A stretch of 39,200 nt of DNA from positions 1 to 39,200 of the forward strand of contig JAGXOR010000001.1 of the NCBI GenBank assembly GCA_023659785.1. Reading direction: 5' to 3'. The position numbers and the translations under genes are program-made. This document shows, one piece after another, positions 8,808 through 17,140 of this stretch. The stretch's first letter is position 1; each line of letters starts with the position of its first letter. The notes under the pieces were generated by a model that saw only the letters and a program-made list of their open reading frames with translations, was not told where the DNA came from and did no database searches. The stretch is from Methanomicrobia archaeon LH_S13 (GTDB lineage Archaea > Halobacteriota > Syntropharchaeia > Alkanophagales > Methanospirareceae).

Positions 8808-9788
8808 ATGAAAGAACCGAAAAAAAGAGAAGAAGGAGAAAAAGAGACATTAATAGACGATTACGGTAGAAAGATAAGAAGTTTGAGGTTATCCATCACG
8901 AATCGTTGTAACTTGAATTGCATCTATTGCCATCATGAAGGGGAAGGGAAAAGAGAGGAAAGAGATAAAGATAGAAAAGAAATAAGTGCTGAGCTTATTA
9001 TAGAAATAGCAAGAATTGCATCCGTTTATTTTAATGTAAGGAGAATAAAATTTTCAGGTGGCGAGCCTTTGATGCGAGATGACCTTGTGGACATAGTTCA
9101 AGGTATGAGGATTTTTGAAGATAACATCTCGGTAACTACAAATGGCGTATTATTAAAGAAATATGCAGTTGAACTTGCAGATGCGGGTTTGAACAGGGTG
9201 AACGTCAGCTTAGATTCGCTTAAAGAGGAAAAATATGATTTTATCACGTCTTCAAGAAACAATCTCCCCAGGGTGATTGATGGCACATATAGTGCAATTG
9301 ATGCCGGTCTTACGCCGGTCAAGCTGAATATGGTTCTTCTGAGAGGAATAAACGAGGATGAGATAGTTGGCATGATGGATTTTGTGCGTGAGTGCAATAA
9401 AAGGGGAGGAGAGGAAATGGCAATCCTGCAATTAATAGAATTGATTCCTTCTTTTGGCGCAGAGCCCAACAGTATGTTAAATTACAAAGTAGATCTTCAA
9501 AAGGTAGAAGCAGGACTCAAATCAAAAGCCTCAGCGATAAAAACGAGGAGGTTGCAGCACAGGAGAAAATATTTTATTGATGGTGTGGAAGTAGAGGTTG
9601 TTCATCCGATAGATAACACGGAGTTCTGTGCAAATTGCTCCCGGTTAAGAATAACGTCTGATGGAAAGATAAAGCCGTGTTTGCTTAGAAATGATAATCT
9701 CGTTCCCATAGATAGCATGGATGAAACATATATAATAAACAAATTGAAGCTGGCGATGCGGCATAGAAAGCCGTTTTACAGAAGATAA
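8808..9788 (+). CDS. moaA: GTP 3',8-cyclase MoaA (radical SAM)
   Basis: 326 aa. Radical-SAM motif CNLNCIYCH. C-terminal auxiliary cluster cysteines (CANCSRLRITSDGKIKPC). GGEPLMR motif. Confidence 0.9.
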   Translation: MKEPKKREEGEKETLIDDYGRKIRSLRLSITNRCNLNCIYCHHEGEGKREERDKDRKEISAELIIEIARIASVYFNVRRIKFSGGEPLMRDDLVDIVQGMRIFEDNISVTTNGVLLKKYAVELADAGLNRVNVSLDSLKEEKYDFITSSRNNLPRVIDGTYSAIDAGLTPVKLNMVLLRGINEDEIVGMMDFVRECNKRGGEEMAILQLIELIPSFGAEPNSMLNYKVDLQKVEAGLKSKASAIKTRRLQHRRKYFIDGVEVEVVHPIDNTEFCANCSRLRITSDGKIKPCLLRNDNLVPIDSMDETYIINKLKLAMRHRKPFYRR

Positions 9789-10267
9789 GCAAGAAAGCCT
9801 CAGCGCTTTAACCTGAGGATGAATTGCGCTTATAATTGTATGTGCATATTTTTGTGCATAAAAAATACAAGAACATCAGGAGGCGGATGCAAAAAGCAGG
9901 TAAATATAGCGTGGTGAAACGTTTGAAAAGACGTGAGAGCAGGATAGTAAGGGATTTAAACCACAAGATAAGTCGTAAAATAGTGAATACGGCGAAAGAA
10001 GAGGGCAGCGGGATAAAGTTAGAGAAGTTGAAAGGGATAAGGAAAATGGCAAGCCTTAGAAGAGCATTTCGATATTCCTTGCACAGCTGGTCGTTCTATC
10101 AACTGCAAGACATGATAGAATACAAAGCCAGGCTGCTTGGCATAGATCAATTCGTTGTAGACAGAGATGTAACGAAGGGGAGCACTGATACCCCCAGAGC
10201 GGCAATGGTGGGGGATGCCACTAACCACAGAACCCCCTATGCTTTAGCTTGGGGAGTATGTCAGTGA
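9780..10267 (+). mobile_element. decayed IS200/IS605-type element relic with tnpB C-terminal fragment
   Basis: Carries the same 5' block and hairpin as 3748-3819. ORF 9836..10267 encodes the TnpB-like segment LNHKISRKIV...GIKLEKLKGIRK...SWSFYQLQDMIEYKARLLGI. The repeat starts inside the last codons of moaA. Confidence 0.6.
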
Positions 10268-10286
10268 AGGTTAGGGGAAAAGGATA

Positions 10287-10448
10287 ATGATAGAAGTAGA
10301 AGTAGATATATTGGTGGATAAGGAAGAGATGGAAGCAAATGAATTCGTACAAAACTCGATAGGAAGAGCAATCGCGGGTGCGGTTTCTGCGCTTCATGGC
10401 GTGAAGGAGGACTGGAATGAGATAGAGATAAGAGTGAAGAGGAAATGA
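10287..10448 (+). CDS. small hypothetical protein (53 aa, MIEVEVDILVDKEEMEANEFVQNSIGRAIAGAVSALHGVKEDWNEIEIRVKRK)
   Basis: Translated by hand. It ends 8 nt before the Lrp/AsnC gene on the same strand. No family recognised. Confidence 0.3.
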   Translation: MIEVEVDILVDKEEMEANEFVQNSIGRAIAGAVSALHGVKEDWNEIEIRVKRK

Positions 10449-10455
10449 GATTAGC

Positions 10456-10953
10456 ATGAAAGAAGAAGAAGAAGAGGAAGAAATACTGAAGATATTGGAA
10501 GGAAACGCAAGAATCGCTGATAAGGAGATAGCGAGGATGGTAGGACTGAAAGAAGAGGAAGTGAAGCAAATCATTTCGGAACTGGAGAACAGAGGAGTAA
10601 TAAGGAAATACAAAGCAGTGATAAATCCAGAAAAAGCAGGGATAGAGACTGTTCATGCGTTAATAGACGTAAAAGTCGGTCCTGAAAGGGATACCGGTTA
10701 TGATCCCGTTGCAGAACGGATTGTGCGATTCCCGGAAGTGAAGTCAGTGCGATTGATTTCCGGCGAGTATGACCTTTCGGTATTGGTAGGAGGGAATACG
10801 ATGAGAGAGGTTGCGTATTTCGTTGCGGAGAAGATATCGTCTCTGGAGCAAGTTCGTAACACGGTAACGCATTTTTTATTGAAGACTTATAAAGAGAATG
10901 GAGAAATATACGAAGAGGAGGAGAAGGTGAAAAGATTAGCAGTAACACTGTAA
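10456..10953 (+). CDS. Lrp/AsnC family transcriptional regulator
   Basis: 165 aa. N-terminal HTH (ILKILEGNARIADKEIARMVGLKEEEVKQIISELENRGVI) plus a RAM/AsnC ligand-binding domain. It has a poly-Glu N-terminus. Confidence 0.85.
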   Translation: MKEEEEEEEILKILEGNARIADKEIARMVGLKEEEVKQIISELENRGVIRKYKAVINPEKAGIETVHALIDVKVGPERDTGYDPVAERIVRFPEVKSVRLISGEYDLSVLVGGNTMREVAYFVAEKISSLEQVRNTVTHFLLKTYKENGEIYEEEEKVKRLAVTL

Positions 10954-11040
10954 AAATACTTTTTCTTTAAAACTTTTAAGGAAAGTTTTATCAAAAACGC
11001 TTCGTATAAAAAGAAAACCTGTGCTAAAAGGAAAAGGAGT

Positions 11041-12207
11041 ATGAATTCAAATAGAGTAGCAGATAGGGTGCGAGAAATAGAGGGCTCAGGCATAAGGAAG
11101 TTCTTTGATATCGCACAACAGATGGAAGAAGCGATTTCTTTGGGTGTCGGCGAGCCTGATTTCGTAACGCCATGGAGTATAAGGGAAGCGTGCATATTCT
11201 CGTTGGAAAAAGGCTACACGTCCTATACATCTAATTGGGGTCTGCTGGAGTTGCGGGAGATGCTTTCAGACAAAATGTATAACGAGGACTCGGTGTATTA
11301 CGAGCCCGAAGGAGAGATACTTATAACCACCGGAGTAAGTGAAGCGTCTGATCTGGCACTACGCGCGATTCTCAATCCTGGCGATGAGGTAATAATTCAC
11401 GAACCTTCTTATGTAAGTTACAAGCCGTGCACGGTATTCGCTGGTGGGGTTCCCGTATGCGTAGCTACGGAAGTAGAGAATGAATTCAAGCTGCAAGCAG
11501 AGGAAATAGAGGAAAAAATAACAGAGCATACAAAAGCTGTTGTTTTGAACTATCCAAACAATCCTACGGGAGCAACATTGAGCAGAAAGGACCTGGAAGA
11601 GATAGCAGATGTGGTGAACGAGCATGATTTACTTGTTATATCGGATGAGGTTTATGGCAAGCTGACTTATGAAGGTAAACATACATGCTTCTCCTCGCTT
11701 AATGGAATGCGGGATAGGACAATACTGCTGAATGGTTTCTCGAAGGCGTATGCGATGACAGGGTGGCGATTAGGGTATGCAGCAGGAAATAAAGAGATAA
11801 TAGAAGCGATGATGAAGATTCATCAATATGTTATGATGTGTGCACCAATTACCGCGCAGATGGCGGCGATGGAAGCATTGAGATGCAATGACGAGGTGGA
11901 GAGAATGGTAAGCGAGTACAATCGGAGGAGGCGGTTAATGGTAGAAGGGCTGAGGGAAATAGGGTTGAGCTGCTTTGAACCAAAAGGAGCGTTTTATACT
12001 TTTCCGTCTATTGTAAGCACGGGTCTCACTTCGGAAGAGTTTGCAAAGCGGCTGCTTTTGGAGGAGAAGGTGGTGGTAATACCGGGAAGCGTATTTGGTG
12101 CTTGTGGAGAAGGATTTATAAGGTGTGCTTATGCGGTGTCGCAATATGAAATAAAAGAGGTGTTGGAGAGGATGAGGCGGTTTTTGGAACGGCATCATGT
12201 AGTATAA
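11041..12207 (+). CDS. PLP-dependent class I/II aminotransferase (aspartate aminotransferase-like)
   Basis: 388 aa. NYPNNPTG, and SKAYAMTGWRLGY carrying the PLP lysine. Confidence 0.9.
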   Translation: MNSNRVADRVREIEGSGIRKFFDIAQQMEEAISLGVGEPDFVTPWSIREACIFSLEKGYTSYTSNWGLLELREMLSDKMYNEDSVYYEPEGEILITTGVSEASDLALRAILNPGDEVIIHEPSYVSYKPCTVFAGGVPVCVATEVENEFKLQAEEIEEKITEHTKAVVLNYPNNPTGATLSRKDLEEIADVVNEHDLLVISDEVYGKLTYEGKHTCFSSLNGMRDRTILLNGFSKAYAMTGWRLGYAAGNKEIIEAMMKIHQYVMMCAPITAQMAAMEALRCNDEVERMVSEYNRRRRLMVEGLREIGLSCFEPKGAFYTFPSIVSTGLTSEEFAKRLLLEEKVVVIPGSVFGACGEGFIRCAYAVSQYEIKEVLERMRRFLERHHVV

Positions 12208-12405
12208 AGAAAAGCGTTTTCGGAAATATTTTTTGTCCGCTAGATAAATGGATGCAACAATTGATGCTAAGACATTGTTGAATGCGTTATTGTTCGTGAT
12301 CGTGTTGTTACTTGAAGAATATAGGTAGATACCTTCGTCGTTGTCCATTACGTTAACATGAAGGAAAAGCTGGAAGCCCCATGCGTAAGCGTTGGGAGGA
12401 CGTCA

Positions 12406-13509
12406 CTATCTTTCCCCCCTCTTCCTCTTACTCTCTCCCAACCTCCGTACCAATCCCATCCCTTTCTCTTCTATTTCTTTCGCTTTAATGTACCCCTTCT
12501 CCACTGCACCCTCGACTATCTCCTCTCCTTTTTCCGTGTGAGCGAAAACCGTTGACCACCCGTCTTCAGAGCCCACCGAGCCCACGGAAATATCGGCAAG
12601 TTCAGCGGTATAATCCATGCAAACCGAGCATCCCTCGCTCTCATAACGCTTTATCTCATCCAACGCAATAGCATAAACTTTACCTTCTTCATCATAAACC
12701 AAAAACTCTTTTCCCTTTATGTCGAACTTCCGCACGCGTTCTAAATCTAAACTCAGCTTATCCCTCACGAAATCCAACAGCTCTTCCTTGAAATTATCCA
12801 TGCAGAACAACCCAATCAACAATTTTATGCGCTCTTTTCCCACTTCATACGGCTGTTCTGAAGTTTGAACTTTTCTCAAACCCTGTATTTGACATGGCAG
12901 TCCTACGAATCCGATGTTTTCACAGCCAGCTTCCATCGCTTCTTTAATACCTACTACACCGGGATAAATCGTATATTTCGTGCCTGCACTCTGCTTCAAG
13001 TCCTCGTAACTTTTCGCAACTTTTGGTAAGGGTCTCCACTGGTCGTCTGAGGCCGTGGTAACAGCGCAATCTACTATCCCTGCCTCAAGCGCATAAGCAA
13101 GCAGCGAGGTAACCGCACCACCATCCTGCCCTTTTATATCTTCCTTCTTTGACTTAACCGCATAGCAACCTCGATAGATACCAAGAACATCTCCTTCTGC
13201 CTTTTTCCTTGCTTCCTCATTTCCAAATATTTTCCTCTCTATTTCAGCTAACGGCAAGAAAGTCCTGGGGCAGAAAGCATAACACAGCCCGCATATCGTG
13301 TCGTATTCTTCGACTAACTCCGGCTTAAGTTCTTTTTCACTTATTCTTATCTTATCGCAAAATGTTGCACAGGTGCCACAAAGGCTGCAAATTCGTTTAT
13401 CCACTACATCTCGCTTCAACGCTGAAAAACCCTGTTCTAAAAAGGTCGGCAGCCTTACATATTTCTGCTCTTTCGTTTCCAACTCAGTTGGATTTGTTTC
13501 TCTTGCCAT
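12406..13509 (-). CDS. coenzyme F420 hydrogenase/dehydrogenase beta-subunit family protein (FrhB/FdhB/FpoF-like) with N-terminal ferredoxin-type Cys motifs
   Basis: 367 aa. CSLCGTCATFC and CGLCYAFCP, followed by GQDGGAVTSLL and GLPCQIQGLRK. Its ATG (13509) is 1 nt from the stop of the oxidoreductase beta subunit. Confidence 0.8.
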   Translation of the reverse strand: MARETNPTELETKEQKYVRLPTFLEQGFSALKRDVVDKRICSLCGTCATFCDKIRISEKELKPELVEEYDTICGLCYAFCPRTFLPLAEIERKIFGNEEARKKAEGDVLGIYRGCYAVKSKKEDIKGQDGGAVTSLLAYALEAGIVDCAVTTASDDQWRPLPKVAKSYEDLKQSAGTKYTIYPGVVGIKEAMEAGCENIGFVGLPCQIQGLRKVQTSEQPYEVGKERIKLLIGLFCMDNFKEELLDFVRDKLSLDLERVRKFDIKGKEFLVYDEEGKVYAIALDEIKRYESEGCSVCMDYTAELADISVGSVGSEDGWSTVFAHTEKGEEIVEGAVEKGYIKAKEIEEKGMGLVRRLGESKRKRGER

Positions 13510-13510
13510 T

Positions 13511-14440
13511 TCATTTCACTCCCGCCTTCTCTCTCAACTTCAAATACTCCTCCTCCACTCGCGCCTGTATTTTCTCTACAATATCCTCTGTAAGATGCCT
13601 GAACCTCCTTTGCTCTTTCATATACTCGCGCACGGGTTTCAACTCGGGGAAATCAAAGCTTAACCGGTATTCGCCGTCAATCACTTCATAAAGCGGAAAA
13701 ACACCGGTCTCTACTGCCAACCGACCTATTTCTATCGTTAGATTCGGTGGATACCTCCAGCCCGTGGGACATGGCGATAATATATGAACGTAAGCAGGTC
13801 CTTCGATCTCCGCTCCTCTCTTCACTTTATCCATTAAATCAAACGGATACGAAGGGCAAGCCGTCGCTACATAAGGTATCCTGTGCGCAACTGCAATTTC
13901 CGGCATGTTCTTCTTCCATGTCGCCTGCCCTATGCTTTTCTTCCCCACAGGCGCAGTCGTCGTCCACGCACTGTAAGGGGTGGAAGAAGATCGTTGTATT
14001 CCAGTATTCATGTAAGCTTCGTTGTCATAGCAAACATACAAAAAATCATGTGCGCGCTCCATAGCACCTGACAATGCCTGTATTCCGATATCCGAAGTGC
14101 CGCCGTCACCCGCGAATCCGACAAATTTCACTCCCTTATCAGGTATTTTACCTTTCCTTACCCTCGCTTTATACGCCGATTCTATACCTGACATCACTGA
14201 TGCCGAGTTCTCAAACAGTGTATGAATCCAGGGCACTTGCCATGAAGTTTGCGGTAACAGCGATGAGATAATCTCTATGCAGCCCGTAGCGGTAACGATT
14301 ATTACATTCTTTCCCAGCGCTTTACACACGTGCCGAACGGCGAGAGCCTCGCCACAGCCTATGCAGGCGCGATGCCCGGGAGCGAAGATTTCTTCGGTTG
14401 TAACCAACCTCGGCACAAACAATTCCTCTTCTTTCTCCAT
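13511..14440 (-). CDS. 2-oxoacid:ferredoxin oxidoreductase, beta (TPP-binding) subunit
   Basis: 309 aa. CIGCGE, ATGC and the TPP motif GDGGTSDIG. Confidence 0.9.
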   Translation of the reverse strand: MEKEEELFVPRLVTTEEIFAPGHRACIGCGEALAVRHVCKALGKNVIIVTATGCIEIISSLLPQTSWQVPWIHTLFENSASVMSGIESAYKARVRKGKIPDKGVKFVGFAGDGGTSDIGIQALSGAMERAHDFLYVCYDNEAYMNTGIQRSSSTPYSAWTTTAPVGKKSIGQATWKKNMPEIAVAHRIPYVATACPSYPFDLMDKVKRGAEIEGPAYVHILSPCPTGWRYPPNLTIEIGRLAVETGVFPLYEVIDGEYRLSFDFPELKPVREYMKEQRRFRHLTEDIVEKIQARVEEEYLKLREKAGVK

Positions 14441-14476
14441 TTCCCTCTCTCCTTTTTATTTTACCCCTCGAGTACG

Positions 14477-14538
14477 CCGAGAGCACAGAGTTTTTTATTG
14501 TAGCTACCAAATCCCCTCTGTGTCCTCTGTGATCTCGG
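14477..14538 (-). other. intercistronic stem-loop between alpha and beta subunit genes
   Basis: Arms 14477-14490 (CCGAGAGCACAGAG) and 14525-14538 (CTCTGTGATCTCGG) pair at 13 of 14 positions around a ~34-nt loop. It lies within an unusual 121-nt spacer. Confidence 0.35.
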
Positions 14539-14561
14539 AGGTTAACATCTTTTATCCCTTT

Positions 14562-15761
14562 CTACTCGCCTTCCCCATCCCTTATTCCTATCATCTCCAT
14601 TTCGATTTCCTCTCCACGCTCTATCGCTTTCACTTTTTCCAACGCACTCCGTATCATATACTCAAATCCTTCTATCAGTATGTCGCGTCCGCCAAGCCCA
14701 GCGATAAACCCCACCACATAGGGTCTCTTTTGCAGGCCATACAACGCTGATTTCACCTCTGAGCAAACAGGACCGCCCATTCCAAAAGATATGCAGCGGT
14801 CTAACACCACAAGCACCTCCACGTCCTTTACTGCCTCTCTGAGCTCCTTGAATGGGAAAGGTCGCCACAATCGTAATCTTATAAGTCCTACATCCTCTCC
14901 TTTAGCTCGCAGTTCATCTATCGCAAGCATTGCCGTTTCACTGCAGCTGCCCATCGTCAATAGCGCAATTTTCGCATCTTCCATCCGGTATTTCTCAACC
15001 GGTGCGTAATGCCTGCCGAAACGGTCGCCAAACGCTTTCCACGTTTCTATTATTTTTGATATCGTATTCTCAAACGCGACTTCCTGCGCCTTCTTCGTCT
15101 CCGGGTATATGAATGGTGGACCGTAACAGCCCATGCTCACCGGCTTGTCCGGGTCTAACGTAAAAGGGTGCTCGTATTCCGGAATGAACCCTGCTACTTC
15201 TTCGTCTTCTGGCAAATTCATGTCTTCGATTACGTGTGACAGATAAAAGCCATCAATATGCACCATCACGGGGAACAGAACCTCACTGTCCTCCGCTATC
15301 CGGTACGCACACAACGTGAGGTCGAATGCCTGCTGGTTGTTCTCTGCCAACATCTGTATCCAGCCTATGTCCCGAACAGCCATCATATCTGAATGGTCGC
15401 ACCATACCGTTAGAGGAGCGGATAATGCGCGGTTCGCTATCACCTCAACTACGGGCAGCCTCATTGAAGAAGGTATGTACAGCACTTCATGCATTAATTC
15501 TAACCCCTGACCCGCAGTGCACGTAAACACTCTTCCTCCTGCTGCCGATGCCCCTACGCATGCGCTCATTGCAGTATGCTCACTCTCAACGCAGATAAAC
15601 TCTGCATCCAGATCGCCATCTGCTACCATTTCCGATAATCTTTCTACAATATGCGTCTGCGGTGTAATAGGGTATGCTGCAATAACATCCGCGTTTGCCA
15701 TCCGAACTGCCTCGGCAACGGCAAAGGAACCTTCTAAGCCCACCACTCTTTCTTTTTTCAT
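14562..15761 (-). CDS. 2-oxoacid:ferredoxin oxidoreductase, alpha subunit
   Basis: 399 aa. Typical N-terminus (GSFAVAEAVRMANADVIAAYPITPQT) and transketolase-like domains. Confidence 0.9.
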   Translation of the reverse strand: MKKERVVGLEGSFAVAEAVRMANADVIAAYPITPQTHIVERLSEMVADGDLDAEFICVESEHTAMSACVGASAAGGRVFTCTAGQGLELMHEVLYIPSSMRLPVVEVIANRALSAPLTVWCDHSDMMAVRDIGWIQMLAENNQQAFDLTLCAYRIAEDSEVLFPVMVHIDGFYLSHVIEDMNLPEDEEVAGFIPEYEHPFTLDPDKPVSMGCYGPPFIYPETKKAQEVAFENTISKIIETWKAFGDRFGRHYAPVEKYRMEDAKIALLTMGSCSETAMLAIDELRAKGEDVGLIRLRLWRPFPFKELREAVKDVEVLVVLDRCISFGMGGPVCSEVKSALYGLQKRPYVVGFIAGLGGRDILIEGFEYMIRSALEKVKAIERGEEIEMEMIGIRDGEGE

Positions 15762-16019
15762 CTTTTATTTATCAATCAATCAATTCCTATTTTATATAAC
15801 TACATAAAAAACCTATGGATTTATCCTTGCTTATCCCCACCCACTAAATATAAATATCTTTCCACTCTTCTTTTCATCGTCAAAAACTCATCATAAACTT
15901 CTAATCTCTCACATCGTGAAGTGGCTTCTCTCCTTTAATGCGTCTCTTATATCTCCTGCTTGAATTGAGAACTTCTCCCTCTTCAGTGCTTCTTCAAGCT
16001 CATCGGCATCTTTATCTGT

Positions 16020-16073
16020 TATAGTTAACTGAAATGTACCGAAATGTTTATCTTTATGCTTTATGATACTATC
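16020..16073. repeat. second copy (inverted) of the 54-nt repeat seen at 1-54, inside the 460-nt gap that splits the oxidoreductase operon
   Basis: Exact reverse complement of 1-54. Confidence 0.7.
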
Positions 16074-16222
16074 AAATAGGTGAACATTTGAGGAAAAGTG
16101 TGGATAAAAGACCTTAAGTGCGATGCGGATTTGATAGCATCATACGAAGAGGTTTGAAACAAAATGTTTAAATTTCATAACCTTCCCATTAGCAATATTT
16201 GGATTTGTGATTTTCTTCTTTC

Positions 16223-16513
16223 TTATTCCTCCACCTCCTCAACCATTGTTATTACACCTCTCGGACATTCATGCGCACAGATTCCACATCCCTTGCAATA
16301 ATACAAATTGGCTTCGAAGTACCCTTCTTCATCCTCCTCAATGCACGCCTCCGGACAGTAGATATAGCATATCCCGCATTTTATGCAGCGCTCATTCTCG
16401 CGAACTGGTCTTTCCGACCGCCAATCACCTGTTTTATACACCGATGCACTTCCTGGTTCGGTAACCACAGCACCAATTTCTAAATCTTTCCACCCTATTT
16501 TTTCTCCACTCAT
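16223..16513 (-). CDS. 2-oxoacid:ferredoxin oxidoreductase, delta (2x[4Fe-4S] ferredoxin) subunit
   Basis: 96 aa with CIKCGICYIYCP and CKGCGICAHECP. Confidence 0.9.
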   Translation of the reverse strand: MSGEKIGWKDLEIGAVVTEPGSASVYKTGDWRSERPVRENERCIKCGICYIYCPEACIEEDEEGYFEANLYYCKGCGICAHECPRGVITMVEEVEE

Positions 16514-16515
16514 TT

Positions 16516-17070
16516 TTAGCTCATCACCGTTTCTTCAAACGCTTTTCTCATCGCCGCGATATTCTTTGTGGCGACTTTCCCAAAACGTTCTTCCATCGGT
16601 TCCTCTAAGGACTCCAATTTAACGATTCCCGCTGCTTTTACCAGCGCTCCTATCATTGTCGTATTGACGATAGCCAAGCCTAAAACATCTCTCGCGATGC
16701 CCATCGCATCCACCGTCGCTAATTTATTCACGCCAATATCCGATCTTATTTCAGTCATTTTCTTCTTTGTATTGACTACCGCTATTCCATCCTTTTTAAG
16801 CCTTGAAACGACATCACCAACCCCTAGCAAACCAGGATCAAGCACGACTAACACATCCGGCTCTTCTATCTCTGCTCTAACTTTAATCCGTTCCGCTTCG
16901 CTCACCCTTAAGAACGCGAGAACGGGCGCTCCCCTCCTCTCGGGACCAAAAGAAGGCATTGACTGCGCATGTTTACCCTCTGAGATGGCTGCATGTGTGA
17001 CTAACTCCGCTAATGTAACTCCTCCTTGCCCCCCTCTCCCATATATGCATATCTCCATCATTTCAAACAC
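16516..17070 (-). CDS. 2-oxoacid:ferredoxin oxidoreductase, gamma subunit
   Basis: 184 aa. YGRGGQGGVT motif. The ATG at 17058 (MEICIYGRGGQG) is an alternative start. Confidence 0.9.
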   Translation of the reverse strand: MFEMMEICIYGRGGQGGVTLAELVTHAAISEGKHAQSMPSFGPERRGAPVLAFLRVSEAERIKVRAEIEEPDVLVVLDPGLLGVGDVVSRLKKDGIAVVNTKKKMTEIRSDIGVNKLATVDAMGIARDVLGLAIVNTTMIGALVKAAGIVKLESLEEPMEERFGKVATKNIAAMRKAFEETVMS

Positions 17071-17140
17071 CTTTTCTTTTTACAAAAAACCTTTTTGCAA
17101 GCAAAAATCTTTACTAAAAAAAAGATATATGTTTCTTTGA

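Noticed and set aside
10459-10482. GAA/GAG trinucleotide run
   Set aside because: It simply encodes the poly-Glu N-terminus of the Lrp/AsnC regulator and is in frame.
11935-12348. 137-aa minus-strand ORF with an NNTITNNN beta-helix-like stretch
   Set aside because: Most of it is antisense to the well-supported aminotransferase gene. Only about 45 codons lie outside it, which is at best a tiny relic of a parallel-beta-helix protein.
16020-16200. Possible ~180-bp MITE with terminal inverted repeats (GTTAACTGAAATG... versus ...CATTTTGTTTCAAACC / GGTTATGAAAT)
   Set aside because: The putative right-end match is short and gapped. It cannot be distinguished from chance in AT-rich DNA without more copies.
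16568-17140. 190-aa plus-strand ORF
   Set aside because: It is antisense to the oxidoreductase gamma subunit and translates to S/T/P-rich sequence.
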